From assembly GCF_004010195.1 (NCBI RefSeq), contig NC_057718.1, positions 94,800,702-94,864,701 of the forward strand: a DNA stretch of 64,000 nt. The letters run 5' to 3'. The number at the start of each line of letters is the position of its first letter. Position 1 is the stretch's first letter. This stretch comes from Chiloscyllium plagiosum. Taxonomy: Eukaryota. Both the position numbers and the translations under genes were made by a program. Positions 1 to 13,289 of this stretch are shown piece by piece. The notes beneath the pieces are model-generated. The model searched no databases and was not told the DNA's origin. It saw only the letters and a list, made by a program, of their open reading frames with translations.

Positions 1-227
1 GTTTGTTTTTGTAGCCTTCTCAATCTTCTGATTTCCCAGTGCTCTTGGCCACTTTATAGGATGTCTCTTTTTCTTTGATAGATTTCCTGACTTCCTTTGT
101 CAGCCATGGCTGTCTAATCCCTCCCCGGATAATCTTTCTCTTCTTGGGGATGAACCTCTGTACAGTGTCCTCAATTTTACCCACAAACTCCTGCCATTTT
201 TCCTCTACTGTCTTCCCTGCTAGGCTC
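1..227 (-). mobile_element. CR1-clade LINE internal fragment, 5'-truncated, running off the window start
   Basis: Sequence resembles the antisense of the CR1 ORF2 region between endonuclease and RT; it ends at a perfect fold-back at 228-284. Confidence 0.6.
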
Positions 228-254
228 TGTCAGACTGGCTGAAGAGTGGCAAAT

Positions 255-1450
255 TCCATTTGCCACTCTTCAGCCAGTCTGACAAATCCATTAATATTAG
301 CTTGTAGTCCAAAGACTTCCTATTTACCATATCCGAATCCTGAGGTAGGCCACTGGATAGATGCTTTCATTCACAAAAACACCTTTCAACCAACGACTTC
401 TGCTTCCTGCCACTCAACCAATTTGCCAATTGGGCCCTGAGCTTCTCAACCAGTTGCCATGCGAGACCTCATCAAAAGCCTTACTGAAGTCAATGTAGAC
501 TACATCAACTCCACCGCCCTCATCTACACACCTGATCACCTCCTTCAAAAATTCAGTCAAAGTTGTTACACCTTTACAAAGCCATGCTGATTTCCCTTGA
601 TTAATCCTTGCATCTCCAAGTGGAGATTAATTCTATCCGTAAAAATTTTTCCCAATAGTTTCCCCACCGCAATTGTTAAGGTCATTGGCCTGCAGTTTCC
701 TGGCTTCTTGAATAATGATACCCTTCTTGATTATGGTACCTGTGATAATGCTGCCCCTTTAACAAGGTTATTTTGTCCTTGGGTTTTTCTCAAGAGAGGT
801 TGTTAAGGCACAGGTGCTGAAAAGTCCGGGGAGGAGCCTAATTCAACACCAGCAGGAGAGTGGCCAATTCTCCCAGATCAGATGTTTTCTAGTTTCTTTT
901 AGCTGTAACAGTGAGAAGCTGCTGCAGTCCGGAGAAAGGTTCCAAGCTTCAGCAGATGATTCCTGACCGACTTCTCTCTCTGAACTCTCTCCTGCCTGTT
1001 TGTTTGAATTTACCTTTTGCCAAGGGGTGTCTTTTAGGGATGCTATGGGAATTGGAACAGTTCCTTAGTTAAGTTATGGTATTGAGTTGGTTGGGTTTTC
1101 AAATGGTTAAGTTATTCTAAAGTCTATTTTAGTTTGTTCGTGTTTCAATTGTCGTGTTTAAATAAATTAAAGTGAAGTGGATTCACCAGCTGTGTCATTA
1201 TTGGAATATCTACTTCACATCAGCTTTAAAATAAGTTCGGGTCTGGGCTACCTACTTAACATATTTTGAGGGGGGGGGGGGTCTGGCCTGGATCTCCAGT
1301 CATCTGGCAGCTCTCCTGTGATTGGAGAGGATTTGAAAATGAATGTCCTCTCTTGTCTTCCTCAGTAGCCTTGGATACGTCTCATCTGGCCCAGGGATTT
1401 AGCTACTTCAAGCCCGCTAAAGCATTGATGTTTCCTCCCACTCAATTCTA
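255..1450 (-). mobile_element. Old CR1 RT fragment interrupted by a solo LTR
   Basis: Minus strand gives WQ-EF-like and 'VDVVYIDFSKAFDEV' RT motifs (255-720); CR1-like sequence resumes at about 1296-1450. Confidence 0.7.
741..1296 (+). mobile_element. Probable solo LTR (Gypsy-like)
   Basis: Starts TGTG, contains AATAAA at about 1161, ends in a G-run plus 'tctggcctgg'; sits as an insert within a CR1 fragment; no internal coding sequence. Confidence 0.5.
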
Positions 1451-1796
1451 AGTATTTCAAGTGGATCACAGTTCCTCTCATAGACTAACATTGTCCTTGT
1501 CTATATTGAACGCGATGTACTAATTTAAAACCTCAGTTTGTATTATAACTTCTTTGTGAATGTTCACAACTGCTGATTCCTTGCCAATCTCTATTTAGGT
1601 TCTTAGTTTATTCCAAGGGAGCTTTAAGGATGTAAGCTGAATCTGTTTTCTCTCTCTTCTCGATTCTGGTAGTGAGGATGAGAAATGATGCAGACAAATG
1701 CAATTTACAAGCCAAAAATGTTGGGCCGCCTATGTGTCTTTCCTGTTCCACTTGACCTTCTTTGCAATAACATTTTCCCACACAATTCATGTAACT

Positions 1797-2329
1797 TAGA
1801 GTTATAGAGTCATAAAATTGTACAGCAGACAAATAGACCCTTCGGTCCAATTCGTCCATGGTGACCAGATATCCTAAATTAATCTACTCCCATTTGACAG
1901 CACTTGGCCCATCATATTCCTCTAAACCCTTTCTATTCATACACCCATCCAGATGCTGTTTGAATGTTGCAATTGTACCAGCCTCCACCACTTCCTCTAG
2001 CAGCTCGTTCCATACACGCACCACCCTCTGCATTAAAAGCTTGCCCCTTAGGTCCATTTAAATCTTTCTCCTCTCACCTTAAACCTATGCCCTCTAGTTC
2101 TGGACTCCTCATACCCTGGGGAAAAGACCTTGGTTATTCACCCTATCCATGCCCCTCATGATTTTATAAACCTCTATAATGTCACTCCTCAGCCTCCGAC
2201 GCTCCAGGGTAAACACCCCCAGCCTATTCAGCCACCCCCCATAGCTCAAACCCTCCAATCCTTGTAAATCCTTTCTGAATCCTTTCAAGTTTAATAATAC
2301 CTTTCCTATAGCTGGGAGACCAGAACTGA
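1797..2329 (-). mobile_element. CR1 (HER1-like) LINE 3' end
   Basis: Antisense of the conserved CR1 3' ORF2 end (RVVRVWNELLEEVV) with a (CTATGA)-type tail. Confidence 0.9.
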
Positions 2330-2617
2330 AAAAAAAGTTTATGAAAAGGAATAATTACAGAAAGAGAGTGCGTTATTTATGGACTTTATATATCTATGAA
2401 AATGTAAACAATTGGTATCCTAGAAATGATGAATTGCAAATTTGTTTAACTATTGCTAAAAAAAAGCTACACCAAAAATCAATATCCACAGGCAAAATAT
2501 TTTAACCTGTATTCAAATGGGCTTTACACTCACAAATTTCATCATTTGCAACACTTCTCAGGAATGGACCTCCTGCCGATACAGAGGAATGACTGTATTT
2601 ACACAAATTAAGTTGGA

Positions 2618-2749
2618 GCAGCACCATGGCTCAGTGGTTAGCACCACTGCCTCATAGCACCAGACACCCAGGTTTAATTCCACCTTCAGGTGACTGTCTC
2701 TGTAGAGTTTTCATGTTCTCCCTGCATCTGTGTGGGTTTCGTCTCCACA
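2618..2749 (+). mobile_element. HE1/V-SINE-type SINE, 5' part
   Basis: tRNA-like head with A box TGGCTCAGTGG and B-box-like GGTTTAATTCC, matching other copies in the window. Confidence 0.8.
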
Positions 2750-2769
2750 TGAAGAACAATGAAAAGTCT

Positions 2770-2962
2770 GCAATTCTCCTACAAACGTCTGTAATGGTGG
2801 ACAATTGGGACGCGCAAAACCAAGAATGCCAGGCCTTTTTGGATATTAAGGAATATGGAGCTAAAATGGGTAAATAGAATAAGGTACAGATCAGCCATGA
2901 TCTAAGTGAATGGCAATGCAGACTCACACAATATTAAATGGCTTGCTTCAGTTCCAATGTTC
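2770..2962 (+). mobile_element. Degenerate CR1 3' end
   Basis: 'ttttggatattaaggaatatggag...gatcagccatgatct...aaatggcttgcttc' resembles the CR1 tails at 55232 and 59030. Confidence 0.55.
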
Positions 2963-3024
2963 ATAAATTAACATGGTCAGATCCTGAGGACAGTGTTCTG
3001 GAAAGCAAAGTAGAAATGGCTTAA

Positions 3025-3220
3025 TTCTTATTCATCCATGGGATGTAAGTGTGTCTGTTGAGGTCAACCTTTAATGTCCATTTCTAGTTGCCCTTAAGAA
3101 AGTGGTAGTGAGTCACCTTCTGCAGTCACTATGCTCACCACCACCTTCTCAAGGCCAACTCGGGATTGGCAATAAATGCTGGGCCACCAGTGCTACCCAT
3201 GCCCTGAGAGTGAATAAAAA
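3025..3220. repeat. Inverted pair of LINE 3' ends (CR1/L2-type family 2)
   Basis: 3025-3125 is the approximate reverse complement of 3135-3220 (caccaccttctcaagg...gtgaataaaaa). Confidence 0.65.
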
Positions 3221-4355
3221 GTCAAGTACCTTACTGACATTGCTCCTGATTGCCATCAGAGAGATTACTTTATTTCAGTTCAGTATTGGTGCTTGCATTT
3301 GACTATTGCTTGGGCTGATAATTTCTCTTTGTGTCAGGAATAAAATTCCTCATTCAAATTTAGCGTAGGCCGCAGAGGGCAACATTACTTGTAATGTAGT
3401 AGAACATTGGCATGTTGTCTCAAGAGCCAAATTTGCTAATTAAGAGAATGTGCTCTGTTGTTTTAAGGCTGAAATTGAGTGAAAGGGAATTTTAATTTAC
3501 CTCAGCAAAATCTAGGAATGATTAATAATGTGACTGGGCACTGAAATTAGAAAATGTTTCTATTTTCTGGCATTATACAACAATCTATCTTGCTGACAAG
3601 CAAAAATAAACAGGAAAATCATTCAGTTTGAAGTTGCTTGGATGGAGATTTTCATCTATGCAGGAATATTTCAGAAGCATGAGGATTTTTTCCATGGAGG
3701 TCAGCATTTGAAGAGGAATACTGTTACTATCCAATTACCACAAGCCATCGCAACATGTAAATACCCAATTAAACCACTAAAGTGATCAATTTGCCTGACA
3801 GACTGCTATTCATGTTAAAAGTAGTTTTCATCATCAACAGAATATTAACTCTATCTCTCATGAACAAACTTAATCTTTAACAAGTGGTAAGCAAGTATAA
3901 CTAATTCACTACTATGCCTCTGAAACTATACTCCATTAAACCTCACAAATTCGTTCACAAACAAGACAACCAAAATAGACAATTTGATAATAATTATTAC
4001 AGATGGAAGATTTCAGACAGGGAAATTAATTTCTGGAGATCAAAATTCCAGATCACAAGAATAGAGAATTATTTCCCAAAGTTCCTTTCGTTTTAACAAT
4101 GATGGCGCAGGTTTGTCTGAAGAGCAATAGCCAATCTCTGATTCAAAAGTGAATCAGATAGATCAAGGTCATTTCTTGCATTAGAAATTTTTATTTTAGA
4201 TCTTGTGATATTTCTGTTTCTTCAATGACTTGTAAAGGTCTTTTTATCAATTCATTTTAATGGGAATCCAACCACATAAAGATTCTAACTACTCAGGTTG
4301 CTGCCTCAAATGTGTGTGTACATTAAGAACTAACTCATACACACCAACAATAAGA

Positions 4356-4641
4356 AAGCATAGGTATAGGGTGAGAGGAGAAAGATACAAAAGAGACCTA
4401 AGGGGCAACATTTTCACACAGAGGGTGGTGTGTGTATGGAATGAGCTACCAGAGGAAGTGGTGGAGGCTAGTACAATTGCAATATTTAAAAGGCATTTGG
4501 ATGGGTATATGAATAGGAAGGGTTTGGAGGAATATGGGCCAAGTGTTGACAGGTGGGACTAGATTGGGTTGGGATATCTGGTAGGCATGGATGGGTTGGA
4601 CCAAAGGGTCTGTTTCCATGCTGTACATCTCTATGACTCTA
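4356..4641 (+). mobile_element. CR1 LINE 3' end
   Basis: ORF reads HRYRVRGERYKRDLRGNIFTQRVVCVWNELPEEVV; tail ctctatgactct. Confidence 0.9.
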
Positions 4642-5465
4642 ATAGCCTTTTTTTTAACAGTGTCGTAATAATTGGAAACCTACTTCACAGCAATACATAC
4701 ATTTCATGTGCTTTCCCTGTCAACCTGCTGTGCAGGCAATTCGGCCACTTCACTTACTTCATTGTTTTCTGAAATGAAATTTAAAAATCCCTTATCCTCC
4801 AAGTGTGTTGGGGTCTTAATAAAATTAAACATATCTTTACTAAACGTTAGATTATGACTAGAATTTTCCTCTCCAGAATCTTTCTTTGCACCTGAAGTAT
4901 TTCCTAAATGTCTCCTCTTTTTTCCCCTTTCTTTATCTTTTCCACTCTATTGAAATTCTTTTCCCAGCCTCTTAAATTCCCTTGCTCTTTCATTTCAAGC
5001 TGAGTTAATTGTGACTGAAATTGCATTGACTTAGTCACCTAGTCTCTCTTGCATTCCCTCCAGATGTTTTGCCAATATTTTTAAATTCTTCATGCTTTAA
5101 AGTTTATAAAAAGGCTGCTGCTGTCACTGAGAGTTAAAAAAGCTCTGGTCAACTGATTTATTTGATGGACACCTACTGGTGGTGAGAAAATAAAAACCTT
5201 AACTTCTGGTTGTGTTGTTTCACTCAAGCTCTTTGATGACAATTTCACAAAGTTTCTTTGATGACATTTCTTCATAGGCTACTACTATTATGAATATTTT
5301 ACTTAGTTTCAAAAGCTACCAATATCTGAGCAGCTATTAAAGGATTCGTTGTCGGTGATGTGGAGTCAGAATAGAAATTTATTTGTATAAGACATCAATC
5401 AATAGACGATATTGAAAACATTTCTGGTAAAGGAGTATTTTCACAGTCAAGTGTGCTGGACTGAT

Positions 5466-5815
5466 CATAGAATCCCTACAGCGTAGAAACAGGCTATTTG
5501 GCCCAACGCATTCACACCAACCGTCCAAAGAGTAACCCACCCAGATCCAAAGCCCTAACATATCATACTACATTTCCTATGACTATTGCACCTAACCTAC
5601 ACATGCCTGAAAATTATGGGCAACTTAGCATGGCCAATTCACCTAACCTGCACATCTTTGGACTGTGGGAGGAAACCGGAGCACCCGAAGGAAACCCACG
5701 CAGACACGGGGAGAATGTGCAATCTCCACACAGACAGTCACCCGAGGCTGGAATTGAACCCGGGTCTCTGGTGCCTATGAGGCAGCAGCGTTAATCACTG
5801 AACCACCATGCTGCT
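5466..5815 (-). mobile_element. HE1/V-SINE-type SINE, full length
   Basis: tRNA head, conserved central domain and CR1-like tail on the minus strand. Confidence 0.9.
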
Positions 5816-6831
5816 ACTGAGCGACTGTGATCATTAAACATTTATTCCTTTTCATTTTGACATGTCTCCTGCGCTGTACCCATGAATACTGGGTGAGAGG
5901 CTATGGAGGTGACATGTAGAGTATGAGAGACCATGATGGGTTGGCTATAGTTGTCATGAAATTGCTCTGATAGATATTAGGGGTCATACAGTGGGTGCAA
6001 GTGCAGCAATTGGATGTAAGTTGGTGGCTATGAGGGACCTTAAGGATGGGTAGGACAGTGAGTGGTGTAAAGGGTGAGAGCTGGAGGACCTAGAGAAATG
6101 AGGCAGAGTTTTTAATCATCTTGGCACACACTCACTCCAACATCTTGCTTCCAGAATCCCTTTCACACTTACCCCCAGGAAAATTGTACCGTTCTGGGTA
6201 CATATCACCAAAGGTGGGCCTGCTACTTTGGGGAAATGTCTGAGTCAAGCTAGCAGACTTGGCAAAAACACAAAACATCAAACACAAAATTGGCATTTTT
6301 AACAGCAACCCAAGCAGATTGATATGAGGTGCAATATTCTTTTTGAAAATCGATGATGCATGGATGTATCAGTACTTGATAAATATGGCCTACTTCATGC
6401 TTTGTTGGCCAAAGTAATCCTTCTCATCCCATGCAAAGTGCAGAGGACCCAAATATGATGACACACAACTATCCTTCAACACTTAGATTTGTTTGGGAAT
6501 AGTCTGTCTGATTGCTATCCAGGGATGCCCATTTTAGAGAATACAACTCAATACATCTTATGCCCGTGCAAAATGTGGACAATAAAACTGGCTTCACCGT
6601 GGGGAATTGAATTTCAGCTGTAAGTCCACATCTGCACAGGACGTATTCATCCCAACAGTATCAACTTTAGTTTTAAACTATTCCATTAAAACACCTTTCC
6701 ATTTAGCAAATTAAATGCCCAAATTTTCTAATGAGAATATGTGACTTTTTAAAAATGCTGACATCAGAGTAGCATGATAAAGATTGAAGTTTGAAGGGCA
6801 AAATCAGTAGATCAAGATGGTGGCGTTGGGA

Positions 6832-7488
6832 GGGTAGGACGTTTGTGCCCGTACACTCTCACTCACCTGGCCGACTGCATTCTTCTTTGTTTTGTTTCTT
6901 CATTTCTCTTTCGTCTTAAAATTCACCTTTCCTTGTTTTCTGTGGCTGTGGTGGAGGAAGGTGGTTAGCAAGGGCCCGCTGTGATGGCGAATGTCCATTC
7001 CCCGTGGTCATAGCGGCCACTGCTTTATCAAGACTTTATCAAGGTCTCCTCCCGTCCTCCTGCTGGTGGTTTCAGCGGAGGCTATCATGGTGACGCTATG
7101 GTGGTTCTGGTTCATTCCTCGTGGCTATGGCGACAACGTGACAGCTTCAGTTGCAACTGAAATGGTGACGGTTTTACCATCGGTGAGTTGGTGGGTCCGG
7201 TCTGTCCCTCCTGGCTTTGGCAGCGATACAGTGGCTTCGATGTTGGCAATGGCAGAGTGGTGGGTTCAGTCAGGAAATCCTTGCTTCAGTGGCTTCAGGG
7301 GCATCCTGTAGCTACTTCAGAAACCCAGGAGCCATGGAGGGAACTAAAGATGAACTTTGTCCTAAATTTGTCTCAAGTATTTCTTTTTATAATTTCTGTA
7401 TTTAAAATGGTGTCAAATTGTGATGACTGATAGACACCTCACTGCATTTTCATAAATACAAGTGAAAATAAATTGCTATTCTATTCTA
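6832..7488 (+). mobile_element. Non-autonomous retroposon with internal degenerate tandem repeats
   Basis: Begins CAAGATGGTGGCG (YY1-like), GC-rich body with recurring 'ggtgg..t.cggt...t.cct' units, ends AATAAA plus (CTATT)n tail. Confidence 0.55.
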
Positions 7489-8005
7489 AAACTTGGAAAT
7501 AATACAAAAACTCAGTATACCAAGAGATAGATTTCTAGTACAAAAGTATGTTCATTTTGCAGAGTTACTGGTTATACTTTATTTTACTTTGTTTCTCTCT
7601 GCTAGGGCAACAAAACTTTCTGTCACTCCAAATGTCATTTTCTATTGCTTGGAATAAGTAAACCCCAGAATAATGTCAAAGAAACTGCAACAATACTGAA
7701 TAAACATAGCTTAGAAGAAATTGCATTTGCATGTATTCACTTGACTGAGAAACTGAGGACTGAGAGATGTTTTAAAGCATCAAATCACAATTAATCAAAC
7801 CGCTCCCCATTCTCACTTCAGTGTAACCGTCAAGTGTGTTCTTCACATTTCAATCATTCTTCCAAATATTGAAAGAATTGGTGGCATTCTTGCTGACATT
7901 GTCAGCTTTTGCTTTCAAAGATCGCTCAGTCAACTCAAGTTGGGATCAGCACATCAGGAGATTCAGTGTTACTTAATTATTTTTCTGCCAACATCAAGCT
8001 AGATT

Positions 8006-8535
8006 TATAGAGTCAGGGAGATGTACAGCATGGAAACAGATGCTTCGGTCTGACTCGTCCATGCCGACCAGATATCCCAACCCAATCTAGTCCCATTTGC
8101 CAACAGTTCTCCTATATCCCTCGAAACACTTCCTATTCATATATCTATCCAGATGCCTTTTAAACGCTGTAATTGTATCAGCCTCCACCATTTCCTCTGG
8201 CAGCTCATTCCATAAATGTACCACCCTCTGCATGAAACAGTTGCCCCTTAGGTCCTTTTTAAATCTTTCCCCTCTCACCCTAAACCTATTCCTTCTAGTT
8301 TTGGATTGCCCCACCCCAGGTAAAAGACCTTGTCTATTTACCCTACCCATGATTTTATAAACCTCTATAAGGTCACTCCTCAGCCTCCGAAGCTCCAAGG
8401 AAAATAACCCCAGTCTATTCAGCCTCTCTCTATAGCTCAAGTTCTTCAACCCTGGCAAAATCATCATAAATCTTTTCTAAACCCTTTCAAGTTTCACAAT
8501 ATCATTCCTATAGGAGGCAAACTAGAATTGCACGC
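8006..8535 (-). mobile_element. CR1 LINE 3' end
   Basis: 126-aa ORF LPGLKNLSYRERLNRLGLFSLELRRLRSDLIEVYKIM is the CR1 ORF2 C-terminus. Confidence 0.9.
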
Positions 8536-8589
8536 AAAAAACTCAATTAGTAAGGCACGATTTCCCACCAACAAAGCCAAGTTGTATTA

Positions 8590-8932
8590 GGGCAGGATGG
8601 TGGCTCAGTGGTTAACACTGCTGCCTCACTGCACCACTGACCTGGGTTCGCTTCCAACCTTGAGTGGCTGTCTGTGTGGAGTTTACACGTTTTCCTCATT
8701 TCTGTGTGGGTTTCCTCTGAGTGCTCTGACTTCCTCCCACGGTCCAAAGATATGCAGTTAGGCGGATTGGCCATGCTCAATGGCCCATAGTTTTCAGGGA
8801 TGTGCAGGCTAGGTGGGTCAGCCATGGGAAATACAGGGTAGGGGGTGGGTCTGGGTGGGGTGCTCTTCGGAGTGTTGGTGTGGATCAGCTGGCCGTATGG
8901 CCTGTTTCCGCACTGTTGGGACCATAGGATTC
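8590..8932 (+). mobile_element. HE1/V-SINE-type SINE
   Basis: A box, B box GGTTCGCTTCC, central domain and tail ggcctgtttcc... Confidence 0.9.
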
Positions 8933-9180
8933 TTGACTATCAGTAATTAGTCCTTGCCTTTCCAAATACATGTAAATCCTGTCTCTTAGGATTCCCTCCA
9001 ACAACTTCCGCATCACTGATGTCAGGCTCACTGGTCTATCATTCTCTGGCTTTTCCCCCATCTCCTGCAGTTCCACATGTAGATGGCTTTGCTGATCTTT
9101 CAGGGGCCCTATTCGCTCCTCTTTTGTCCTTAATGTGTTTGTAGAATCCCTTTGGATTCTTCTTAACCTTACTTGCCAAG
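8933..9180 (-). mobile_element. CR1 RT fragment
   Basis: KPENDRPVSLTSVMRKLLEGILRDRIYMYLERQGLI is the RT N-terminal motif. Confidence 0.85.
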
Positions 9181-10204
9181 GTTAAAGTGGTTGAGTAATT
9201 AACTAAAAAAAATTATTTTTCCTTTTCCGCCCATAATTTTAAGAGAGTGGTCATTAAGTGCATTATATAAAAGAGTTGTTTTGAATTTGATTTTTCAAGT
9301 TAAATCTACTTCCCAAGCAGTGTAGTATGTGCATGATTATGTTCTTTGTTTCATTTTCCTGTAGTTTAGTCCTGGTTAAACATTGTCCTTTTGAAAATGT
9401 TGTCCCTGAGACTGGAAGCTCTTCTTTGTAGCCACATTTGCCACTCAAGTGTCCACATCAACGGTTCCGCCATTACAGGCTCAAATGCACAATTCCCTTT
9501 CCACTGACTCTGCAGCAACCTTTCAGCCCCAGCCCATAAAGAGCACACAGTTGCTCCACCAGTGTTACATTCTAATGTACCTTACCCTCGCCATTCATTC
9601 ATGAAGTCAAATTGCTAACTTGGCAAATCAACCAAAAGGAAGAACTGCCTTTGTGTGGCACTGGAGTGCGATGGAGTTCGATGGAAGAGAAGATGGGGAG
9701 AAATGTCTAGTGAGTGGTGCCAGTCCTCTTAAGGCCATCAACCAAGATCAAACCAGGACACCCTGGTATTCTTTACCAGGGTGCAATCAAGAATTGATAT
9801 TCTTAGGACCCTGATGATGACATGCCCAACTGATGATTTCACCTATGAAGAACAACAATCCATTACCATGCCAACTGCTGCCAAGCAGGTACACCAGAAA
9901 TGCACAACTAAAATTATGTTATTTGGAAATCGAAGCTCATGATCAAACTGCCTCCTTTCACCAAACTCTGTGTAGCCTAAACAAAACCCTTCGCCATTTC
10001 ATTCTCACCTTGAGTGTCAACATTATCTCTCATGCGGCAGAACTGAAAGAACAAGCAATCCCGCATGGAATATTTTCACAGCTATCTGCCGAAATGTTAT
10101 TTGATTTTATTTCAATAGACACCCCTTCTGAGCACCCAAGTCACTCCATCAACATGGCCGTCAGGGACTGCTCAGCTTATGGCTGCTGTGTATAAAACCA
10201 ATCA

Positions 10205-11995
10205 CACCTTGGGTACAGAACTGGCTTGGTCACAGAAAACAAAGAACAGCAGGGGAGGTTGTTTTTCTGACCTGAGGCCTGTGTCCAATGGTTTTCAGCA
10301 GGGATCAGTGCTGGGACCCTTTTTGTTTGTATTTTATATAAGAATGATTTGGAGGAGAATGAAGGTGCCCTGATTAGTAGGTTTGTGGATGACACAAAGA
10401 TTGGAGGAACTGTGGATATTGAGGGAGGGTTGCCAAAGGATTCAGCAGGAGGATTTGGGCAGAGAAATGCATATGGAGTTTAATCCGGACACATGCAAAG
10501 TGATGCATTTCAGAATGCCTACTGCAGGAGGGAGGTATACAGTAAACAGCAGAACTCTTAGTAGCATCAATATACAGAGAGATCGAGGTGCAGAGGTCCA
10601 CAGTTCCCTGAAAGTGGCAAAAAAAGTGGAAAAGATAGTCAAAAAGCCAAATGACATGCTTGCCTTCATTGGTCAGGGTATAGCATATAAAAATTGGCAA
10701 GTCATGGTCCATTGTTGGAATATCGTATACAGTTCTAGTTGCCACGTTACTAGATGGATGTGGAGACTTTGGAGCGGGTTGTAAAAATGTTTTATCTGGA
10801 TTGGCCAGGTTTGGAGGGCACCAGGCAGGAGGAGAAATTAGACAAGCTTGGTTTGTTTTCTCTTCAACACCAGACGCTGAGGGACAACCTGATAATTAAC
10901 AGAAAGAGTTACAAGAAGCGGAGAGAGAATGAGTTTTTTCTGAGGGTAGAAATGTCAATTATGAAGATAATTGAGGTAAAAGGAGGGAAGATAAAAGGAG
11001 ATGGGAGAGGGAAATTTCTTTACACAGAAGGTGGTAAGTACCAGGAATGCGCTGCCAGAGGAGGCGATTTTGGGAAAGCAAATCTTAGCATGACTTATAC
11101 ACTTAATGGCAAGGTCCTAGGGAGAGTTGCTGAACAAAGAGACCTTGGAGTGCAGGTTCTTAGCTCCTTGAAAGTGGAGTCGCAGGTAGATAGGATAGTG
11201 AAGAAGGCGTTTGGTATGCTTTCCTTTATCAGTCAGAGTATTAAGTACAGGAGTTGGGAGGTCATGTTGCAGCTGTACAAGACATTGGTTAGGCCATTAT
11301 TGGAATATTGCATGCAATTCTGATCTCCTTCCGATCGGAAAGATGTTGTGAAACTTGAAAGGGTTCAGAAAAGATTTACAAAGATGTTGCCAGGGTTGGA
11401 GGATTTGAGCTATAGGGAGAGTCTGAACAGGCTGGGGCTGTTTTCCCTGGAGGGTCGGAGGCTGAGGAGTGACCTTATATAGGTTTACAAAATTATGAGG
11501 GGTATGGATAGGGTAAATAGGCAAAGTCTTTTCCCTGGGTACGGGGAGTCCAGAACTAGGGGCATAGGTTTAGGGTGAGAGGGGAAAGATATAAAAGAGA
11601 CCTAAGGAGCAACTTTTTCATACAGAGGGTGGTATGTGTATGGAATGAGCTGCCACAGGAAGTGGTGGAGGCTGGTACAATTGCAACATTTAAGAGGCAT
11701 TTGGATGGGTGTATGAATAGGAAGGGTTTGGAGGGATATGGGCCGGGTGCTGGCAGGTGGGACGAGATTGGGTTGGGATATCTGATCGGCATGGACGGGT
11801 TGGAATAAAGGGTCTGTTTCCATGCTGTACATCTCTATGACTCTATGACTTTATGATAGCAGCATTTAAGAGGTATCTTGACAGATACATAAAAAGGTAG
11901 GGAGTAGAGGGATAAGGGTCAAAAGGTTTTAAAGATGTCTTGTGTCAGCACAGTCTTATGGGCCAAAGGCCTGTTCCTGTGCTGTATTGTTCTTT
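10205..11995 (+). mobile_element. Older CR1 LINE (RT to 3' end), split by a younger CR1
   Basis: QGSVLGP and FVDD-like motifs, MEFNPDTCKVMHF; stops at about 11063 and resumes at about 11857 (gcagcatttaagagg). Confidence 0.85.
11066..11855 (+). mobile_element. Younger CR1 (HER1-like) 3' part nested in an older CR1
   Basis: EQRDLGVQV...LYKTLVRPLLEYCMQF, then the standard 3' end and (CTATGA)n tail. Confidence 0.9.
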
Positions 11996-12329
11996 TGTCT
12001 TTGAGCCTATTTTTATCTCAAATTTCTCAAGGCTTGAGATGGTCTTGGGATCTACTGATCTTTTCACATGGTCCAGCTAAAGTAAAACCATTCTCACTTG
12101 TCTGGAAACAGCTGTCAGTCACACACAACAGGTACCTCGCTGCACTATACCCTCTCCAGTCCCATTACTTGGGACCGATTCATTGCTGGATTTTGGAATG
12201 TTCTGAATTATGGAGCAATTTTAAAATGCCTAAGTGTATGAAGCAGAAAACCACTGTTGATATAAATACTTACGAGTTATAAAGTTGTGATAAAATGTTT
12301 GAAAGCAAACCCATGAACCTGACCGTCTG

Positions 12330-12560
12330 GAAAGATAAGGCCGGGAGATGCATGGGAGCACCACCTTTTGCAAGTTCTCCACCAAGCTGGTGTGATTTGG
12401 AATGATATCACTGTTCCTTCACTGTCACTGGGTCAAAATCCTGGAAATCCCTTCCCAGCGGCACTGTCGTTATATCTGCACCACATGGACTGCAAGGAGG
12501 CAGCTCATTGCTACCTCCTCAAGGGCAATTAGTGATGGGCAGCATTGCTGGCAGCACTGA
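12330..12560 (+). mobile_element. LINE family-2 3' end (CR1/L2-type)
   Basis: 'gttccttcactgtcactgggtcaaaatcctgg..ccct' is shared with copies near 26720 and 45490. Confidence 0.7.
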
Positions 12561-13289
12561 ACCAGCCATACCGGCAGAAAAATATTAAAAATGTCTCACA
12601 AACCACTTGCGGTATCTGCTATGTTTCCACCCTCCAGTCTTTCCCTGAGTTGAATGGGCAGGTTCAACCTCTTTCTGGACAACTAGTGTTTCTGAACAAT
12701 AGATTTCTGAATGGGAGAGGTCCCGGTGTATTATGTAGATAGGAATAGGATCCTGAGTACCAGTGATCAATGAACCAACGGAGGTCAGGGAATTGCAAAG
12801 ATGCTGATTCTTTGCTCTTTCAAAGATGCTTCCTAGCAGTATTTGCAATCTTGGTTTTTCCACATGCTTCCCCAAAGATCTGTATGCAGTTATTGTGAGC
12901 AGTGATGAAAATCCCATTGAGAGGGAGCTTGATCGCAAGGTGGGATTCAGCTAGGAGTGAGGAGATCCAACTGTAGTTAGAGAAAAACTGGTGGCAGGAA
13001 AAGCAGGTTATTGTTGGGAATGGGGTGGAGGTTATGCTCCATCTGACCCACAAGGCAAGGCAACCACCTTACACGTAGAGAAATCAGGATCAGGGGACTA
13101 AGTTGGATGATCAACCATGATCATATTGCATGGTGGAATAGACTGGAAGGACTGAATGCCCTCTCCTATTTTCAATGTTGCTATATTTACTTCTTCCGCA
13201 CCAGCGTCATCAATAGTTGCATTACCCCAGACCCAGAAAGTAAACAGCCGGCTGGCATTCCAAATAAAATACAAGTAAATGATGAGACA

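Noticed and set aside
5230..5270. Tandem TCTTTGATGACA (TCF/LEF-like sites)
   Set aside because: Short duplication; function cannot be supported from sequence alone
10754..11323. 189-aa ORF
   Set aside because: Chance read-through across the junction of two nested CR1 fragments
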